A stretch of DNA of 55,088 bases, filler included, from Dirinaria sp. TL-2023a (Eukaryota): the NCBI GenBank assembly GCA_051941275.1. It is 2 parts of 2 records of this genome, joined end to end, with 100 filler letters (N's around TTAATTAATTAA, not from the genome) between each part and the next. Parts side by side here need not be neighbours in the genome. Positions count along the whole stretch, not along the records: positions 1 to 27,556 come from JAVEBF010000139.1; 1 more part is not named here. The stretch is one strand, 5' to 3'. The position numbers and the translations under genes are program-made. Under the pieces are notes generated by a model that saw only the letters and a list, made by a program, of their open reading frames with translations, did no database searches and had not been told where the DNA came from. Shown one piece after another: positions 12,974 through 26,000 of this stretch (positions are counted from its first letter, which is position 1; the number at the start of each line of letters is the position of its first letter).

Positions 12974-14707
12974 TTAATGTGAGCACAACGGCGCTCGAAA
13001 TCCCGTCGTCCACTGCAGGCTCCCCATGATAACCACCGTCAGGCTGACACCAACCCCGACGCTTGCCGCTCCATAAATGTACCCATGTCTCAGACGTAAC
13101 CCTTTCAACTCCGCCACCCACGTACTGACCGTCGTCAAGCATCCGCAAAATCCATCCTGTAGCCCTTGCAACACCTGGCACCCTACCCGGCCTCCTAAAG
13201 GTACATGCTGCAGATCGTAAAACATGCCTTCCATAGCCGTGCCAAAGATATTCACCACGAATGTGCCCAGCGGGAACCAAGGAATGATGCCGTTGAGATG
13301 CAAGGATGCATAGAATCGAAACAGACAGCCAACCGGCGCGAACACCAATGCAAAGAGCGCATCGCTTCGCCAGAACTCATGCGCCCACGAACTTTGGCCA
13401 ATCGGTTCGCCCGGCCGGTCAGGTGGCCATACAGCCATGAAGATCGCCCCTAGCCATGCACCCCAGGCTACGACTACGATGGTGCGATCGATCACTTTGC
13501 GAGCGAAGAGATGCGGAATGCGCGGAGTGATTGGTTCAAGAATGATGGCAAGATGCGCCCCGGCTACCAACGCTCCAATACAGAGGAAAACTGTCAGAAT
13601 GATGACAGCGCAAATTGCCATGAAGCTGTAACCACCGTTACGCTGCACGGTCGAGCTCGTGTTGATTGGAGCTGTAGAGGTATGCGAAACGGGGACGGGC
13701 AAAGCATTGGACAGCGCAAGGAATGCGTCTCTCATAAAAGACGAGAAGGAAGTAAACGATCCACAGAAGCCCGTCGCAAGGCCAATGTACAAGGGTATAG
13801 TCTTCTTGATCACCGCATGAGCTTTGCTCATAGCCTGCTTTCGCGCCGCGGAGATGAACGGCCTCAACTCAGGATCGCTTCTGTTCGGATCTGCTTCCAA
13901 GTCGTATAATCTCACCACCTGCCTGCTCGCATCTGAGGGTTTGAAGCTCTCGCGGAAGAGCTGTTGGTCTTCGGAGAGAAACCCCATGATCAAGCTGCCA
14001 GCGAAATTGCACCATAGCACACCCGTCTGGACTGGCGCACCTGGATAGAAAGTGAGAGCCTGGAGGCCTAGGCGAGCAAGCGTGCCCAATAGTGAGAAGA
14101 GTATCAAGTAGGAAACAGTATACAATTGCGTCGCAAATTGCGATACAACCTCGTGGCGTGTGGGTGATTTTGGGAGTCTCTCCTCTGGGGCATGCGATTC
14201 CTTGCTCCTTGGTGAAATATGCAATTGGATGGGTGCCGGAGTAGCAAGCTCTGTAAGAGTTTCCTCCGGGCGAGATTGGGCTCCTCTTGAGAACCGCCAA
14301 GCTTTTTTCGAAGAGCTCCCTGGCTCAGAGAGGGAAAGACGATGTTCCAAGCTATCATGGGCATCAGAATGTCGCGACGCAATAGGCGAAGGTGCTGCCA
14401 ATTCATCCAGTCTTCCGTAGTTCTCCGGGACAGTATAATCCTCCTCGACACCCGTCGCCTCCTCTTGCTGGAGCGTTCGCCTTGGGGGACTGTCTTCGTA
14501 AGGGTAACGAGTTCCGGCTATTTGGGCATGATTTGCACCGCGATGGCTCGTTGGTGGCCTCCTCTGCAGGACATTCCGACGTCTTTCACGATATGTGCCC
14601 ACTGGAGGCGGGGCTTCGATCTCGTCCAGTCTCCCGTAATGGTCTGGGATTGTGTAGCTCTCCTCATCCTCAGGGATGGTGTAGTCTTTTTCCAAGCGTG
14701 GGCGCAT
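12974..14707 (-). CDS. FEX1: Fluoride export protein (FEX; tandem CrcB/Fluc domains)
   Basis: 577-aa ORF with two CrcB signatures (GTLAR..NFAGSLIMG..GFCGSFTSFS and GCLFR..GTFVVNIFG..GFCGCLTTVST) and multiple TM segments. Confidence 0.9.
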   Translation of the reverse strand: MRPRLEKDYTIPEDEESYTIPDHYGRLDEIEAPPPVGTYRERRRNVLQRRPPTSHRGANHAQIAGTRYPYEDSPPRRTLQQEEATGVEEDYTVPENYGRLDELAAPSPIASRHSDAHDSLEHRLSLSEPGSSSKKAWRFSRGAQSRPEETLTELATPAPIQLHISPRSKESHAPEERLPKSPTRHEVVSQFATQLYTVSYLILFSLLGTLARLGLQALTFYPGAPVQTGVLWCNFAGSLIMGFLSEDQQLFRESFKPSDASRQVVRLYDLEADPNRSDPELRPFISAARKQAMSKAHAVIKKTIPLYIGLATGFCGSFTSFSSFMRDAFLALSNALPVPVSHTSTAPINTSSTVQRNGGYSFMAICAVIILTVFLCIGALVAGAHLAIILEPITPRIPHLFARKVIDRTIVVVAWGAWLGAIFMAVWPPDRPGEPIGQSSWAHEFWRSDALFALVFAPVGCLFRFYASLHLNGIIPWFPLGTFVVNIFGTAMEGMFYDLQHVPLGGRVGCQVLQGLQDGFCGCLTTVSTWVAELKGLRLRHGYIYGAASVGVGVSLTVVIMGSLQWTTGFRAPLCSH

Positions 14708-15112
14708 CGTCGCCTTCGTGCAACGCTGAAGCTATCATTTCTGAGGGTGTCGCAGCTGTCACACCTAAGTACGAGACAGACGATTGAGGTCCAAAACTTT
14801 CCATGTGGTAAAGATTATGGCTAGAGTGTCGTAGCGGAATCATTCGGCATGTGGAACGGCCCGGCTTTTGCGGACCCTAGGGTCGATGCTGCACGTGACT
14901 CGTCAATGTGTGCCAAGCAAGCATGTCTAAAACTCACGACTCTTTCTTGGAATTACTTTTGTATTACTTAATCCACAACTCGTGGATATCCTGCTAGGCC
15001 AGGATCTAACTAGATGTGATTGAATCTCCTAATAAGAAAAGAAAAGGGATTTAGGTACATGATTAAGGCCATCAGGCCGGACGGTCGAGAAGCGTATCAA
15101 TTCTCCTTGAGT

Positions 15113-15801
15113 CTATGCACCGCCTTTTGCCCTCCTGGGCAGGAACGTCCTTTGCTGTTGCTCTATGATGAAGGACGAGGGTCGCCTTGGCTTCTTGTAG
15201 CGCAAGGGTTCTGCTTGGTGCGCGGCGAGGCACACCAGATAGCGCAATGCTGCACTGCCGGATTTTCGGTCCCGCCTGAAGTAATGTCAGCCATTGTCTA
15301 GCCTAAGCCAAACGCTACGCTCTAGACTATGGCTAGCTTCATGAATTGGGATTGATAGAGACTTACTTAGCTTGGTCCGTACCACCTTCGTGGCGGTGAC
15401 CTAAAACCATGTCTACATCAGCGGCCTATTCAAGTCGACATCACTGAATGATGTGGTAAAGTCTTTGTAGTACTTACGGAGGTACTCTCGCCTATAAGCG
15501 ACTTTGTGGTCCTCGTCCAAGACGTGTGGGGGCGTTGGTGAGAAAACGACCCTGCCCTGGTTCTAGAAGCAATTCATTAGTATAACAGTTGCCGGAACGA
15601 GGATTAGGCTTCTACATTGCTCACCAGCTCGTCTACATGAGTAGGAGGCGGAGGCGGAGGCGGCGGTGCTGGTACTGGTGCTGGTGCTGGTGCTGGCGCT
15701 GCTGGAGGTGGTGGAGGCGGTAGAAGCGGTGGAAGCAATTGTGGCGGTGGCCGCTGCACAAGTTCGAAGAGAGTCGGGTCTGGGTATTGATATCCCGCCA
15801 T
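15113..15801 (-). CDS. Hypothetical Pro-rich protein with basic C-terminus (4 predicted exons)
   Basis: ATG at 15801 (MAGYQYPDP..polyPro/PA..THVDEL). GTGAGC/GTAAGT donors and YAG acceptors chain in frame to a TAG at 15113-15115. No recognisable domain. Confidence 0.45.
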
Positions 15802-15978
15802 GGATAGAGTTGGGGATGATAGAAAGCAAGGTTTGGGATGCTGTGCAAGCAGTAATGTTGTTGTCCGCACTTGCTGGTAGGGTGGTGATCGTGGCAGTTG
15901 TGGAGAGGTAGGTTATGCTCCATAGAACCTTTGCTAGTGGCAAAATGATTTTCATATTGGGGAAATTGCGGGCTGTAT

Positions 15979-17558
15979 TCACAACGGCGCCTCCACTCTG
16001 CCAATCACCTCTTCAACAACCGATTCCGGCACAAATACTTGCAATAGTGCAGCAACAGCTCCCGGGTCACTCCCGTATTGCATGCTTCGCTCATTCGGGG
16101 CACTGACCATCTCAAGCCTGTGATAATAAATTTTCCGAGCAGCAAGAGCAACCAAGGAGGGAGCAACGAAATCCAAACCATGAAGAGAGGCTAGGCATTT
16201 GACCAACAGCCCCATGGCTTTAGTAGCTCGAGGAGTTACTCCACCACTGACTGCGCGGTGCAAGCGAAGAAATGTAACCACGTTGTGCATATACTCCTCA
16301 ACTTCGGCGCTGATACTGACTTTTTGACGTAGCCCGGCTAACCTTAGAAGATCCTACTCTACCGTTAAACATTGAGATGGGAACGACCCATGGCACCTAC
16401 CACGTGTCCAAGAAGTATACCGGCAAAGCGAAAGTCAGCTGCGCGAGCCGTTCGATGTACTACTGAATTCATCGACGCTCGATCATCCTCGATCCAATCA
16501 GAGCCCTCTTCGAGATTGGCGTATCCATCGTTAGGATCATGGTAGTGACTTAGAAATAGATGATCATTCTACTGACGTTCAGCACCAGAAGACGGAAGAC
16601 TCAGGCTTGACGTACTAGAAAGCTGTGCAATGGAAGACCCATACTAGATTTAAGAACAATGACGATAAAATGTTTTGGCGCAGCATGGACGGCCTTGTGC
16701 GAGAATGCACGGCGTGTTCTAATCAGCTGTAGATATGTTGAGCGCCAGTCGACGATATATCAACGTGCTACCTACCTCGAGGACTTGGATCTGGACCCGA
16801 GAGCTTGCATGATCGAGGTCCCTCAATACTATGACATTTGCTAAGCGCCAGTCTTCTTCTACGCCTGTAGACTTGATCGAGCGGTCGTGATTCTGAGCTC
16901 CAAGTGGACTCGATGAACGTTCTCGCATTGAGTTCTAGGAGCCAAGCAAGGCTCAGCAAAGAGTCTTCGGAAGAAATATAGTATATCTCAGCAAATATTT
17001 TCCAAGAGTATGCGCAAAGAAACCTCGTTTGAATGCTCAAGCCGCGAGCTTTGAGGAGCAAAAAATCATTATGAAAGATGTATAATTATACTGATTTGTT
17101 GAACTTGAACTTGTCTCTCTGATTGAAAAGGGAAGATCTGGACCAACGCGGAAACTCAAGCCTGACGCCTAGAGGTAATGAGCAGCATGCAAATGGTCTT
17201 TTGTACCTTGGCCAGATCCTGGACACTATCTCCTTGGAAATTTGCTGTCACACCGGGTTCTATGGTCTCGATAAGGATACCTTTGCTAAGTTCTTCCAAT
17301 GTCATTGACTGAGAACATTGGAGCGCGGCGTAAGAAAGGCCAAAGACGTTAGAGGCGATCTAGAAATAGATTCAGCAGTGTCTATGAGGATATGACTTCC
17401 TTTCAGGGACATACGAGCTTCAACTCGGCTTCTGCAGAGCTCAAAGCATTGGCTTCTGACTCGATTATACAGTGTTCACCTGCCATCAAAGTCACGAGTA
17501 TAGCATGCTCGAGATCAGTGAGGCTTTGAACCCTCTCAAGTAGGTCGACAGTATCCAT
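15979..17558 (-). CDS. Mtc2-like / magnesium-chelatase-like degenerate AAA-family protein (6 predicted exons)
   Basis: Spliced product MDTVDLLERVQSLTDLEHAILVTLMAGEHCIIES...LANVIVLRDLDHASSRVQIQVLE|LIRTRR...DHLFLSHYH...ISAEVEEYMHNVVTFLRLHRAV...RSMQYGSD, which resembles the conserved fungal Mtc2-like family. Canonical splice sites. Confidence 0.7.
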
Positions 17559-18556
17559 AGCTGAGACTTATAGTGCTGGCAAAACCGATCTTATACTTTG
17601 TGGCTTCAAGAATGCAGCTGGACTCCTTTGTCTGATCCAGCTATATACAAGAGTGTTTTGAGCTCCAAATCACAACATAACAGACTCCAGTGCTACCAGG
17701 TTGTGAAGGGTGCCGTCATAATAGCCTTCCTCCACACCCGAGGCTAACGTTATAGGGATTAGTTGGTATTTCCCGCCTATTGTTTCCACTTTCCTTACTT
17801 AGTTGCTATATTCGCCTACATATGTTGATGGAAAGCTTCATCAAATCGCCTATAGAATACTGACAAGAATGTAAAAAGTAACCCATCATCCGCGATGGGG
17901 CCTCATGAGATCGGAACACGCCTCGCAGTCAAGCCCGTTCTGCAGGCTATTCAGGTACGTGCTTGCCCCTGAGTCGTCTGTGCTACATCAAATTTGCTGC
18001 ACGGGGACGCAGTAGCTCAGAGAGGGTCGATTTAGTGGTGGCAAGATGGGTGGCTATTGCCAGACGCCCTGCTCGACGAGGATATGCAGACAGAGATGGA
18101 CTTCACTAAGCACAATGCGATATCTGCCGCGCAAGCCGCGTATCCTTTCCTACCACATTATATCGACATGTCTGAGGTATCAGTATCATCGTCTTCTAGC
18201 GCTACACACTTCAGAAAGCACTTGAACACAAAATATGTTGTAAGCGGAGCTTGAAGAATCCGAGAAGGGTCTTGGAGCCTTGGCAATTGTAATGGGTCGA
18301 CGGCCCACCCTACGCTTATCCTCCGGTATGGATGAGATTCGAGGTTAAGTAGCTGTTACCTCCTGAACGCGTCAAATAGCTGTTTATGAGAGAGCATGTC
18401 CAAAAAAAGTAATTCAACAACTGTCGCAGGGGCTCAGAGATCACGGTCAATAAGAAGTTGGACCAGGCAGCCTCAAGTCACCAAGTCCCATGGTTATCTC
18501 CGCTTAGGATCTTATGAAGGTCGACAGGCGACCGAAGGTAGGCTATAGATTCTATT

Positions 18557-19663
18557 TTACTCTCCTGGTATACTTCTTGCTGTCATCCACGCCTCTCCTT
18601 CTGCAAAGAACAAGGCTTTTCTTGCGATAACCCACGTGGCTGCCATGTCCCAAGTACTTTCATTTCGCATTCTACCCTGCTTGATTAGGTCAATCAATGC
18701 TGTCATCGACTCGACGTCCTTCATCAGAAAATCGACCTCTGACGACGAAGTATCGGAATCGGCTATCCTTGCCTTCCTTCCAGCTATCCCTGCTTGAATG
18801 AGTTGTACAGCAACAGTCATAATAATAGTGGCCTTTTCGTTTTGTACTAGCGTTGAGCCATGGCCTGCTGTGGAAAGCGTCTCCAGATGAGTGATACGCA
18901 TAACTTCGTCAGACCAGTTGATTGGATTGAGCTTCCTTGCGGGTGGTGCCTTAGCCATAGACTGGATCGTCCTGACCAATGGGGTAGAGATTCTACTTGA
19001 CAGTCAGTGTAGGCTGTGCTGCCTCGAGTGGGGTCAGACGCTGGTGTAAGTCCTCTCGCAATTCTTTCGGAAACAATATATGCAACTGTAGACCTCGTCT
19101 GAGCTGTCTCTGGTCTAGCCCAGACATCAATAATATCGCATTCCTGCCATTGAAGGTACCCTCCTGGACCTTCATTTATATGACATTTACGTTAGGCAAG
19201 CGCTCGTTGCACAAGGGTTATACCGATACTGACGTAGTATCTGCACTATGTTATCTACCACCTTTTCCAAATCTTTGGCTTTGATTGCATAACTCAAAAG
19301 CCGTACATGGACAACGTCAAACTTCTCATGAAACTGGGGGGGGAAGCTGTCGACTATATTATGAACCTGGAATTTAGTGCCTGGGCTTTCCTCGGGCGGA
19401 AATTGTTGCGCTGAAATGTCGAAACCCCAGAACTCGATACTCTGGGTCGCTCGTTCCGAGCTCAGCATTTGACTTGCAGTGTCTCGAAGCCACATTCCTG
19501 TACCAGTCCCAACATCGGCAATAGCTTGCACACCATGAAGAGGGATGGAAGGGTGGATCAAATGGCCGTTGCTCAATGCACGCATGAATTGATGCTGGGT
19601 GTTCAGTCGCATCGACTCCTCGTGATCTCTTTGCAACATGTACGCCTCATCGTTTGCGGACAT
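18557..19663 (-). CDS. SAM-dependent methyltransferase, LaeA-like class I (3 exons)
   Basis: YMLQRD..E..RL..QH, motif I IADVGTGTGMW, FWGFDIS, FDVVHVRLL, and after splicing LRPGGYLQWQE. Confidence 0.88.
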
Positions 19664-19763
19664 CTTTGGTTTCAGTTCTGGAAAGGCTGGACGAAGGTCA
19701 ACATTTCTCCTCCGCGTTAGAAGGTAGAGGGTGCGACATGTTCATGGTCGTAAAAGGAACATA

Positions 19764-19810
19764 CACCACGAATCATCACGAATCATCACGAATCACCACG
19801 AATCACCACG
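19764..19810 (+). repeat. 10-bp tandem repeat AATCA(T/C)CACG, 4 copies plus a partial
   Basis: caccacg aatcatcacg aatcatcacg aatcaccacg aatcaccacg, about 100-150 bp upstream of the methyltransferase ATG. Confidence 0.9.
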
Positions 19811-20634
19811 TTCTCGCCACTCCACTTTTAGATACATGCGGTTAGAGCACCGAGGCGTGTCCGCAAAGAGGTAATACGTCAAAAATGTAGCTCGCGCTTT
19901 ACAGGATTCCGAGATGCAGCATTCCTCCTCGGCCCGAATGCACGTTGACAACGATCTGCAGCGATCTGACCGTGTTTCAGGTGGAATTTTGTCGATCCGG
20001 TGACGTACGGGGGAAGGACGACGTATCCCATATCTACACTAGGTACCTAGAGTACCGAGGTTGCATTCAGAACGTCTTTGGTGAAGCGCGCTACACCCAA
20101 TCGTCGTTTCTGTCATGTTCCGAGGCTGATGTATTCGTGTAACATCAACCGCGATAGGCGCCCCTCCTTCTTGAAGGAGAAGGATCAGTTGCATCTCCTT
20201 TACTCAGCACACAGTCACACACCTCCATTACCTTATCTCCGAACATGCGGGATCGATTACGGAGTAAGCAGAACAACGTCACTCGCATGTCCATGCCAGC
20301 ATACCTTACCTTACCTTAGCATGCAGAGACACTTTCCCCGCCTAATACCTTTTGGAGAGCCTTTGCACGAGAACATGCATCAGCACGACCAGTCAACGTG
20401 ATAAGATCCGATGGCCGCGTTCCCGGGCTTTCCTGCAGAATCCGAAAGGCTGAGGTGCATGTAATCACCGGATTACCAGTTATGCTGGCCGCCATGGACG
20501 CGACATCGTTGTGTAGCTTTTTTTTACAACTTTAGCCCTTCAGAAAGCCTCGAACAACATCTCATGTCTCATTCATACTCTTATACAGGCTTTCAGAATC
20601 GTTGTTCGACCGATCGCACCCTTTCAAACTTGAT

Positions 20635-21936
20635 ATGGCCGGCGCCGATAAGTCATATCTGACAACGATAGCGATCGCGTTCACAGTTGCAATAACGGTC
20701 GTTGCGGTGGCGCTAAGGCTGACAGCGAGAAAATTGCACCGGATACCGCTTGGTGTGGACGACTACTTGCTGTTGTTAGGAGCGGTTGCGACTTCCTTCC
20801 TAATTGACTCACGAAGAGTGCTGAGTAAAGTAGTTTTTTACTATCCTCGATGCTTTGCTTTATATATCGTGTAAGTATACATCGAGTGGCCTGCCATCCC
20901 GATGAAGACCTTGTTCTCATTACTAAGCAAACAAAAACGGCAACGGGAAACATTTCGACACTCTGTCCGAGGAACAGCTGGTCATTTACTGGAAGGTGAG
21001 CCACCCAACGATGTGCAGCGGATTGTCTTCTTATGATACAGACATACTACGCCTCTTTCCAACTATATGGCGCAGCGATAACTGCCATAAAGTTATCCAT
21101 TCTCTTCTTCTATCGTAGAATCTTTTCAACGCCTCAGTTCCGCAAATGGCTTTATGGAGTTGGCGCTCTTGTGGTCGCCTGGCTGCTTGCCAACAACCTG
21201 AGTGCAGCTTTGCAATGCATTCCGCCGCAGAAGTTTTGGCGAAAAGACATACAAGGATATTGTTTTGATTTCCTCACCTTCGTACAAGCGCTGCAAATCT
21301 CGAACATCATCCTGGACGCTGTCATTCTAGCACTGCCGGTATCGGCTGTGCTGCGGCTTCAATTGTCAAGGTCCAAGAAGCTTAGTGTGTTAGCCGTATT
21401 CCTGATGGGTGGCCTGTGGGTAACTTTCCCCTTACTCAATCAATTATGTCTCTGACTCGACGCTGTGATACCACAGATCAGTCGTCTTCGCTATCGTAAG
21501 ACTTGTGGTTCTGCTGCAGGAGAACCAGGAAGACATCACTTGTGAGTCCAGTCCATAGCTGCCTCTTTCGGTTAGTAGACCTAATAACGCCGACGCAACG
21601 ACAGACAGCACCGGTAAATCCAGCTGGACGCTTGTCGAGCCCGCCATCGAAGTCCTCGCTGCCTGCTTACCCACAATGGCACCCCTCTTCCACATTGGCG
21701 AACACCTACCAAGGCTACGCACTTTTGGGCGAGCGTTATTCTCGTCGTGTCAATCACCCGACACTCGTCACGATGGCAGAATGGATCAAAATATGTTTAG
21801 ACCTAATAAAAACGCTGCGATAAACTCAACAGCCCAAGGGCGGTCTTTGGATGAGCGAGAATCGGAGTCCGATAAGGTGCCATTGAAGTCTATTGTAGTC
21901 AGGCACGAGTTGGACTGGACGGAAGAGCATTGCTAA
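20635..21936 (+). CDS. PTH11-like integral membrane protein (fungal rhodopsin-like 7-TM domain, no CFEM), multi-exon
   Basis: VALRLTAR..LGVDDY, GNGKH, IKLSILFFYRRIF, QCIP..FW..G.C, NIILDAVILALP, KKLSVLAVFLMG, WTLVEPAIEVLAACLP; GT-AG introns. Confidence 0.85.
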
Positions 21937-22873
21937 TAAGAATGTTACAAATGATCGGGCTTGAGGCTCAGGCCGTTCCCTCTCTCATCCCGTAGATAAC
22001 ATACTTCACTGCAGTCAATGATATGTGTCGATCTCTCGCTGTAGAGGAGCGATTTCCAAGAGAGTTGACTCAAGGCTTTGCTTGGAAAAATGACTACCAC
22101 TAGATAGATAAAATCCATCAATCAACGCTTCCTTTCGGCAGCGCTGTGCCAGACGTGTTGTTAATGTTGGTTGCAGAATCTGGAGAGACGTTAGTGTGAA
22201 TGCCATAGGTAATCACAATCAGGCGTAGCGACACTTGAGAAAGTGAAGACCGATGTACAGGAGAATGGGAAGTGACGATGGAGGCCTGCCGTGGCGCCGA
22301 TGGATTGATAGAGATTTATTATGGAGTTACAGCTTCAGAAAACGAAAACGGACTGCTTTGAAGCGCGGCATCTGTTGGGCTCAAATTTTTCCAATATGGA
22401 CGAAGAGCTCGAGAAGAGTAGCAACTGCAGGAGACCAACTACCTTTTATCCCAGCATCTACGTGCCGCGGTCAAGCGGTCAATGATTGTCACTCGTACTG
22501 AGAAATACTTGCTCACGTATATTAATTGGATAGCGCTTCCATGGGAAAAGGAGGGTAGAATATGTGGAATAACAGTAACCTTTAGAGTTGAAAGTAGGAA
22601 AAGGAGGAAAGAGAAAAGAATAGAAATTGAATGCAAGAAAAATCATGGGGAAGGCATTCATTGGCATCTCAGTGGGTGGCTCCTAAAATCATGCAAGCTT
22701 GAACTATCGAAGGTGAGATTACTTTTAGGTGTGCAGTAGAAGTGGCAGCATAATGTACAGTAAGGTACGGAGTACGTCCGTACCTTAGGAGCAAAGTCTG
22801 GACGGGAAAAAAGTTTTACCTGCTCCGACCCTAGCGCCAATCACACGTGCTTTAGTGATCTCACGATCTTCGA

Positions 22874-22886
22874 ACGCGACGCGAAA
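22874..22886 (+). promoter_or_regulatory. Tandem MCB-like elements (ACGCGACGCGAAA) upstream of ELG1
   Basis: Overlapping ACGCGA / ACGCGAAA cores ~210 bp upstream of the long ORF of a replication gene. MBF binding is inferred. Confidence 0.45.
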
Positions 22887-23091
22887 TTCCGTCCACGGCC
22901 AAGTCGTCAAGTCGTCAATCCGTCGAACCCTGTCATGTCAAAGCAGAGGTGAAGCCTCCGTGAAGCCCGATCTTCAAGGCATAAGCTACCTAGTCATGCC
23001 TTACTGGAATGTCTCATCAACACGCAACTATGCTCAGTTAAGATCAACTGCCTTGATTTGATTAGCATGCAGCTGGATACCTGAAGCTTTC

Positions 23092-26000
23092 ATGGCTATT
23101 GCTGTAAGCAATGTGAGGATGGATGTTCCAAATGGACGGGGTGTCCACTCGTTCTTTTTACCAAGAGGAGGTAGAGACACCTTTATGCAATTGCACCGTA
23201 CTGGAGCTAATAACGAACCAGGTCTTGGAGGTGCTGTAGAGGCTGGGGACGTTCCGAATCATGACAGAAGGAAGCGCCGGCGAACAGAATCCCCTCAGCC
23301 CCATGCTCGAAACAATGCAGACAGCAGTGCAAATACATGGTTGGATCAACTTGAGGCTGCTGCCAGTGGTGCTCCTGCAGATCAGACTGTGCAGCCAGGG
23401 GTCCCGTCCTTCGAGGCTTCCAAAGAGGAGCAATCCAAGAAGGGAGCAAGAAAAGGATCGATATCAAAGGGGGAAACTGGTGATTCAAGTACCGCATCAC
23501 GACAACTACAAGGGGATAGAGGCGTCCTAGCACAACGATCGAGGGCTTCGTCGAGCTCGACTGTGGCTAATAATGAGCTGGCAGCGGCTTCGAGCGGTCG
23601 ACACTCCAGTGCAAACCCATCTTCCACGCCGCCCAAGAAGATGCTAAAGCTGAGATCAGATGGGAAGCTGAGATCTCCGAAATCTCTTCGGCATACTACG
23701 GAATCGAAGTCTAGGAGAAAGAGAAAATCGTCAGAATCACATCCAGGCCAACGTTCGAGTATTACCGTCATCAGGTATGGTACGGACGCAGCGTCACGAT
23801 TGGCGATTGCACAGAAGATAAACACTATCTACGAGGGCAGAACAATAGTGCTTGCGAAAGTAGCAAAGGATATATCACCTGCTAAATCAAATATGCCAGC
23901 AAAACCTACCCACCCATTTTTCCTTGGGAAAGCTGCTAAAATCCAAGAGTCAGGCCTGACCCAAATCAATGAGGGGAAACAAAGTTGTACCCAGAATCAA
24001 TCAGAAATCCTGAAGCTAAGCAGTCCGAGCAAAGCAAGCTTGCTAAGCAAGGTCAGCAGTAAACCTGCTTGGTCTGATATTGTAGGGTCTTTCCAGAAGC
24101 CGCCTCGCCACGCGGGCACTTTGGAGGCGTTGTGGCCACCCAGTGACATGGTTCGCATTCTACCCCTTGAAGAGCATTTCGCCGTGACTGGTCGAACGCC
24201 CCGCACGCCAGGGCTAGCTTTACGCCCTCGAAAGTTGAAGAATGCTATCATCTGCGTCACTGAGAATGAGAGCGTTCTCACGCCGTATCAGGATGTCGTT
24301 GAACAAACGCGATCCGCCCCCCCTGCAGTCAGCTTTCCCACGCTACAGAAACCTGTCCGAAAGATCATGACTGGTCGTGAGTTGCAACGCGCCGTGCGCC
24401 AGACCCTCGCCACTTCCATACCTGAACCACAACTACCATCTGATTCGTCCATGGATGAACTCTCTGCTCCACAGCCGTGGTCAAAGCCTGCAGGATCTGT
24501 TGTACATAGTGGTCTGCGGCGAATGTATCAGAACATGGCCTCCTCATTAAGCGCTTTTGATGAATTCAAGTGTGAGACACAAGACTGGGCGAGCAAATAT
24601 GCTCCGAAGCGGTCAGTAGACGTACTGCAACCAGGTCAAGAAATTGCACTTCTGCGAGATTGGATAAGGAGCCTCACTATCAGCGCAGTGGAACGACGCG
24701 ACCCTAGTGCCAAAAGAACTCGTGATTCTTCTGCAGGGGCCAGGAACGGAATCATCAATATCAAGAAAAGGAGGAAGAAAAGAGCAAAGGCGCTTGATGG
24801 CTTCGTGGTTTCTAGTGATGAAGAGGCCGATCAGATGGACGTAATTGACGACACCGTTGGTCTGGAACCTGCGTCAACTAGCAGATTGGCTTTCAAAGGA
24901 TCTATGGTCCGTTCTGGAGGCCTAGAAGACAAAGCCGAGAATACGAGCAATGCTGTCGTTATTAGTGGGCCACATGGGTGCGGAAAAACTGCTGCCGTCT
25001 ACGCCGTGGCCCAAGAGTTGGGGTTTGAAGTCTTTGAGATCAACGCTGGCTCTCGAAGAAGCGGCAGGGATCTGCTGGATAAGGTTGGTGACATGACACG
25101 AAATCATTTAGTCCAAGGCAGCCACAAAACGAACAGCAATGAGGGTACTGAAGAAGCTGACGATCTTCTGCGCTTGACAACTCCATTGGAACTAGACATC
25201 GAGGATCGCCAGCAAGGCAAATTGCAATCCTTTTTCAAGCCCGATCCAAAAGCCAAGCAAAAATCCAGGGGCAGGCCCAGGAAGCAGAAAGACTCATCAT
25301 CGTCAAAACCAAGTCCGAAGAAGCCCAAAGCCCAAAAACAGTCCGTGATCCTTTTAGAAGAAGTTGATTTGCTGTTTGAAGAAGACAAACAGTTCTGGAC
25401 AACTACCCTGGAGATGATAACGCGTTCCAAAAGACCCATTATTATGACCTGCGCAGACGAGTGCTATCTCCCTTGGGAAGATCTACCTCTATTCGCTGTC
25501 TTACGATTGCAACCGCCACCAGAATCTCTAGCAGTAGATTACCTGCTGCTACTAGCTTGCAGGGAAGGACACTCACTATCACCCGATGCGGTATCATCGC
25601 TTTACAAATCGAAGCAATGCGATCTCAGAGCTTCAATAGCAGAGTTGCAGTTCTTCTGCCAAATGGCTATCGGCGACACGGAAGGAGGTCTTGCATGGTT
25701 TCCGATCCGGTCGACCTCGAAAGAACACGAGACTAGGGAAGGAGAGGCGCTGCGTGTAGTCAGCGTAGGCAGCTACCCGAGCGGCATCAGTTGGCTAGGA
25801 CACAGCAGTCCAGTCCAAGCCAATGATAGTATCCTCGAACGAGAGATCGAGCTTCTGTCCGAAATCTGGCATGGCTGGGGTGGAGACTTGGCTGACTCGG
25901 AAAGCTTCATCAATCTGCACAGCTTCGCAGATGCCCATCAATCTTCAACACAGGCTCGCCTAGACACTTTTGTCAGCCTAGACAATGCCTACGACTCCCT

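Noticed and set aside
19764..19810. CRISPR-like array
   Set aside because: Short contiguous repeats without spacers in a eukaryotic genome.
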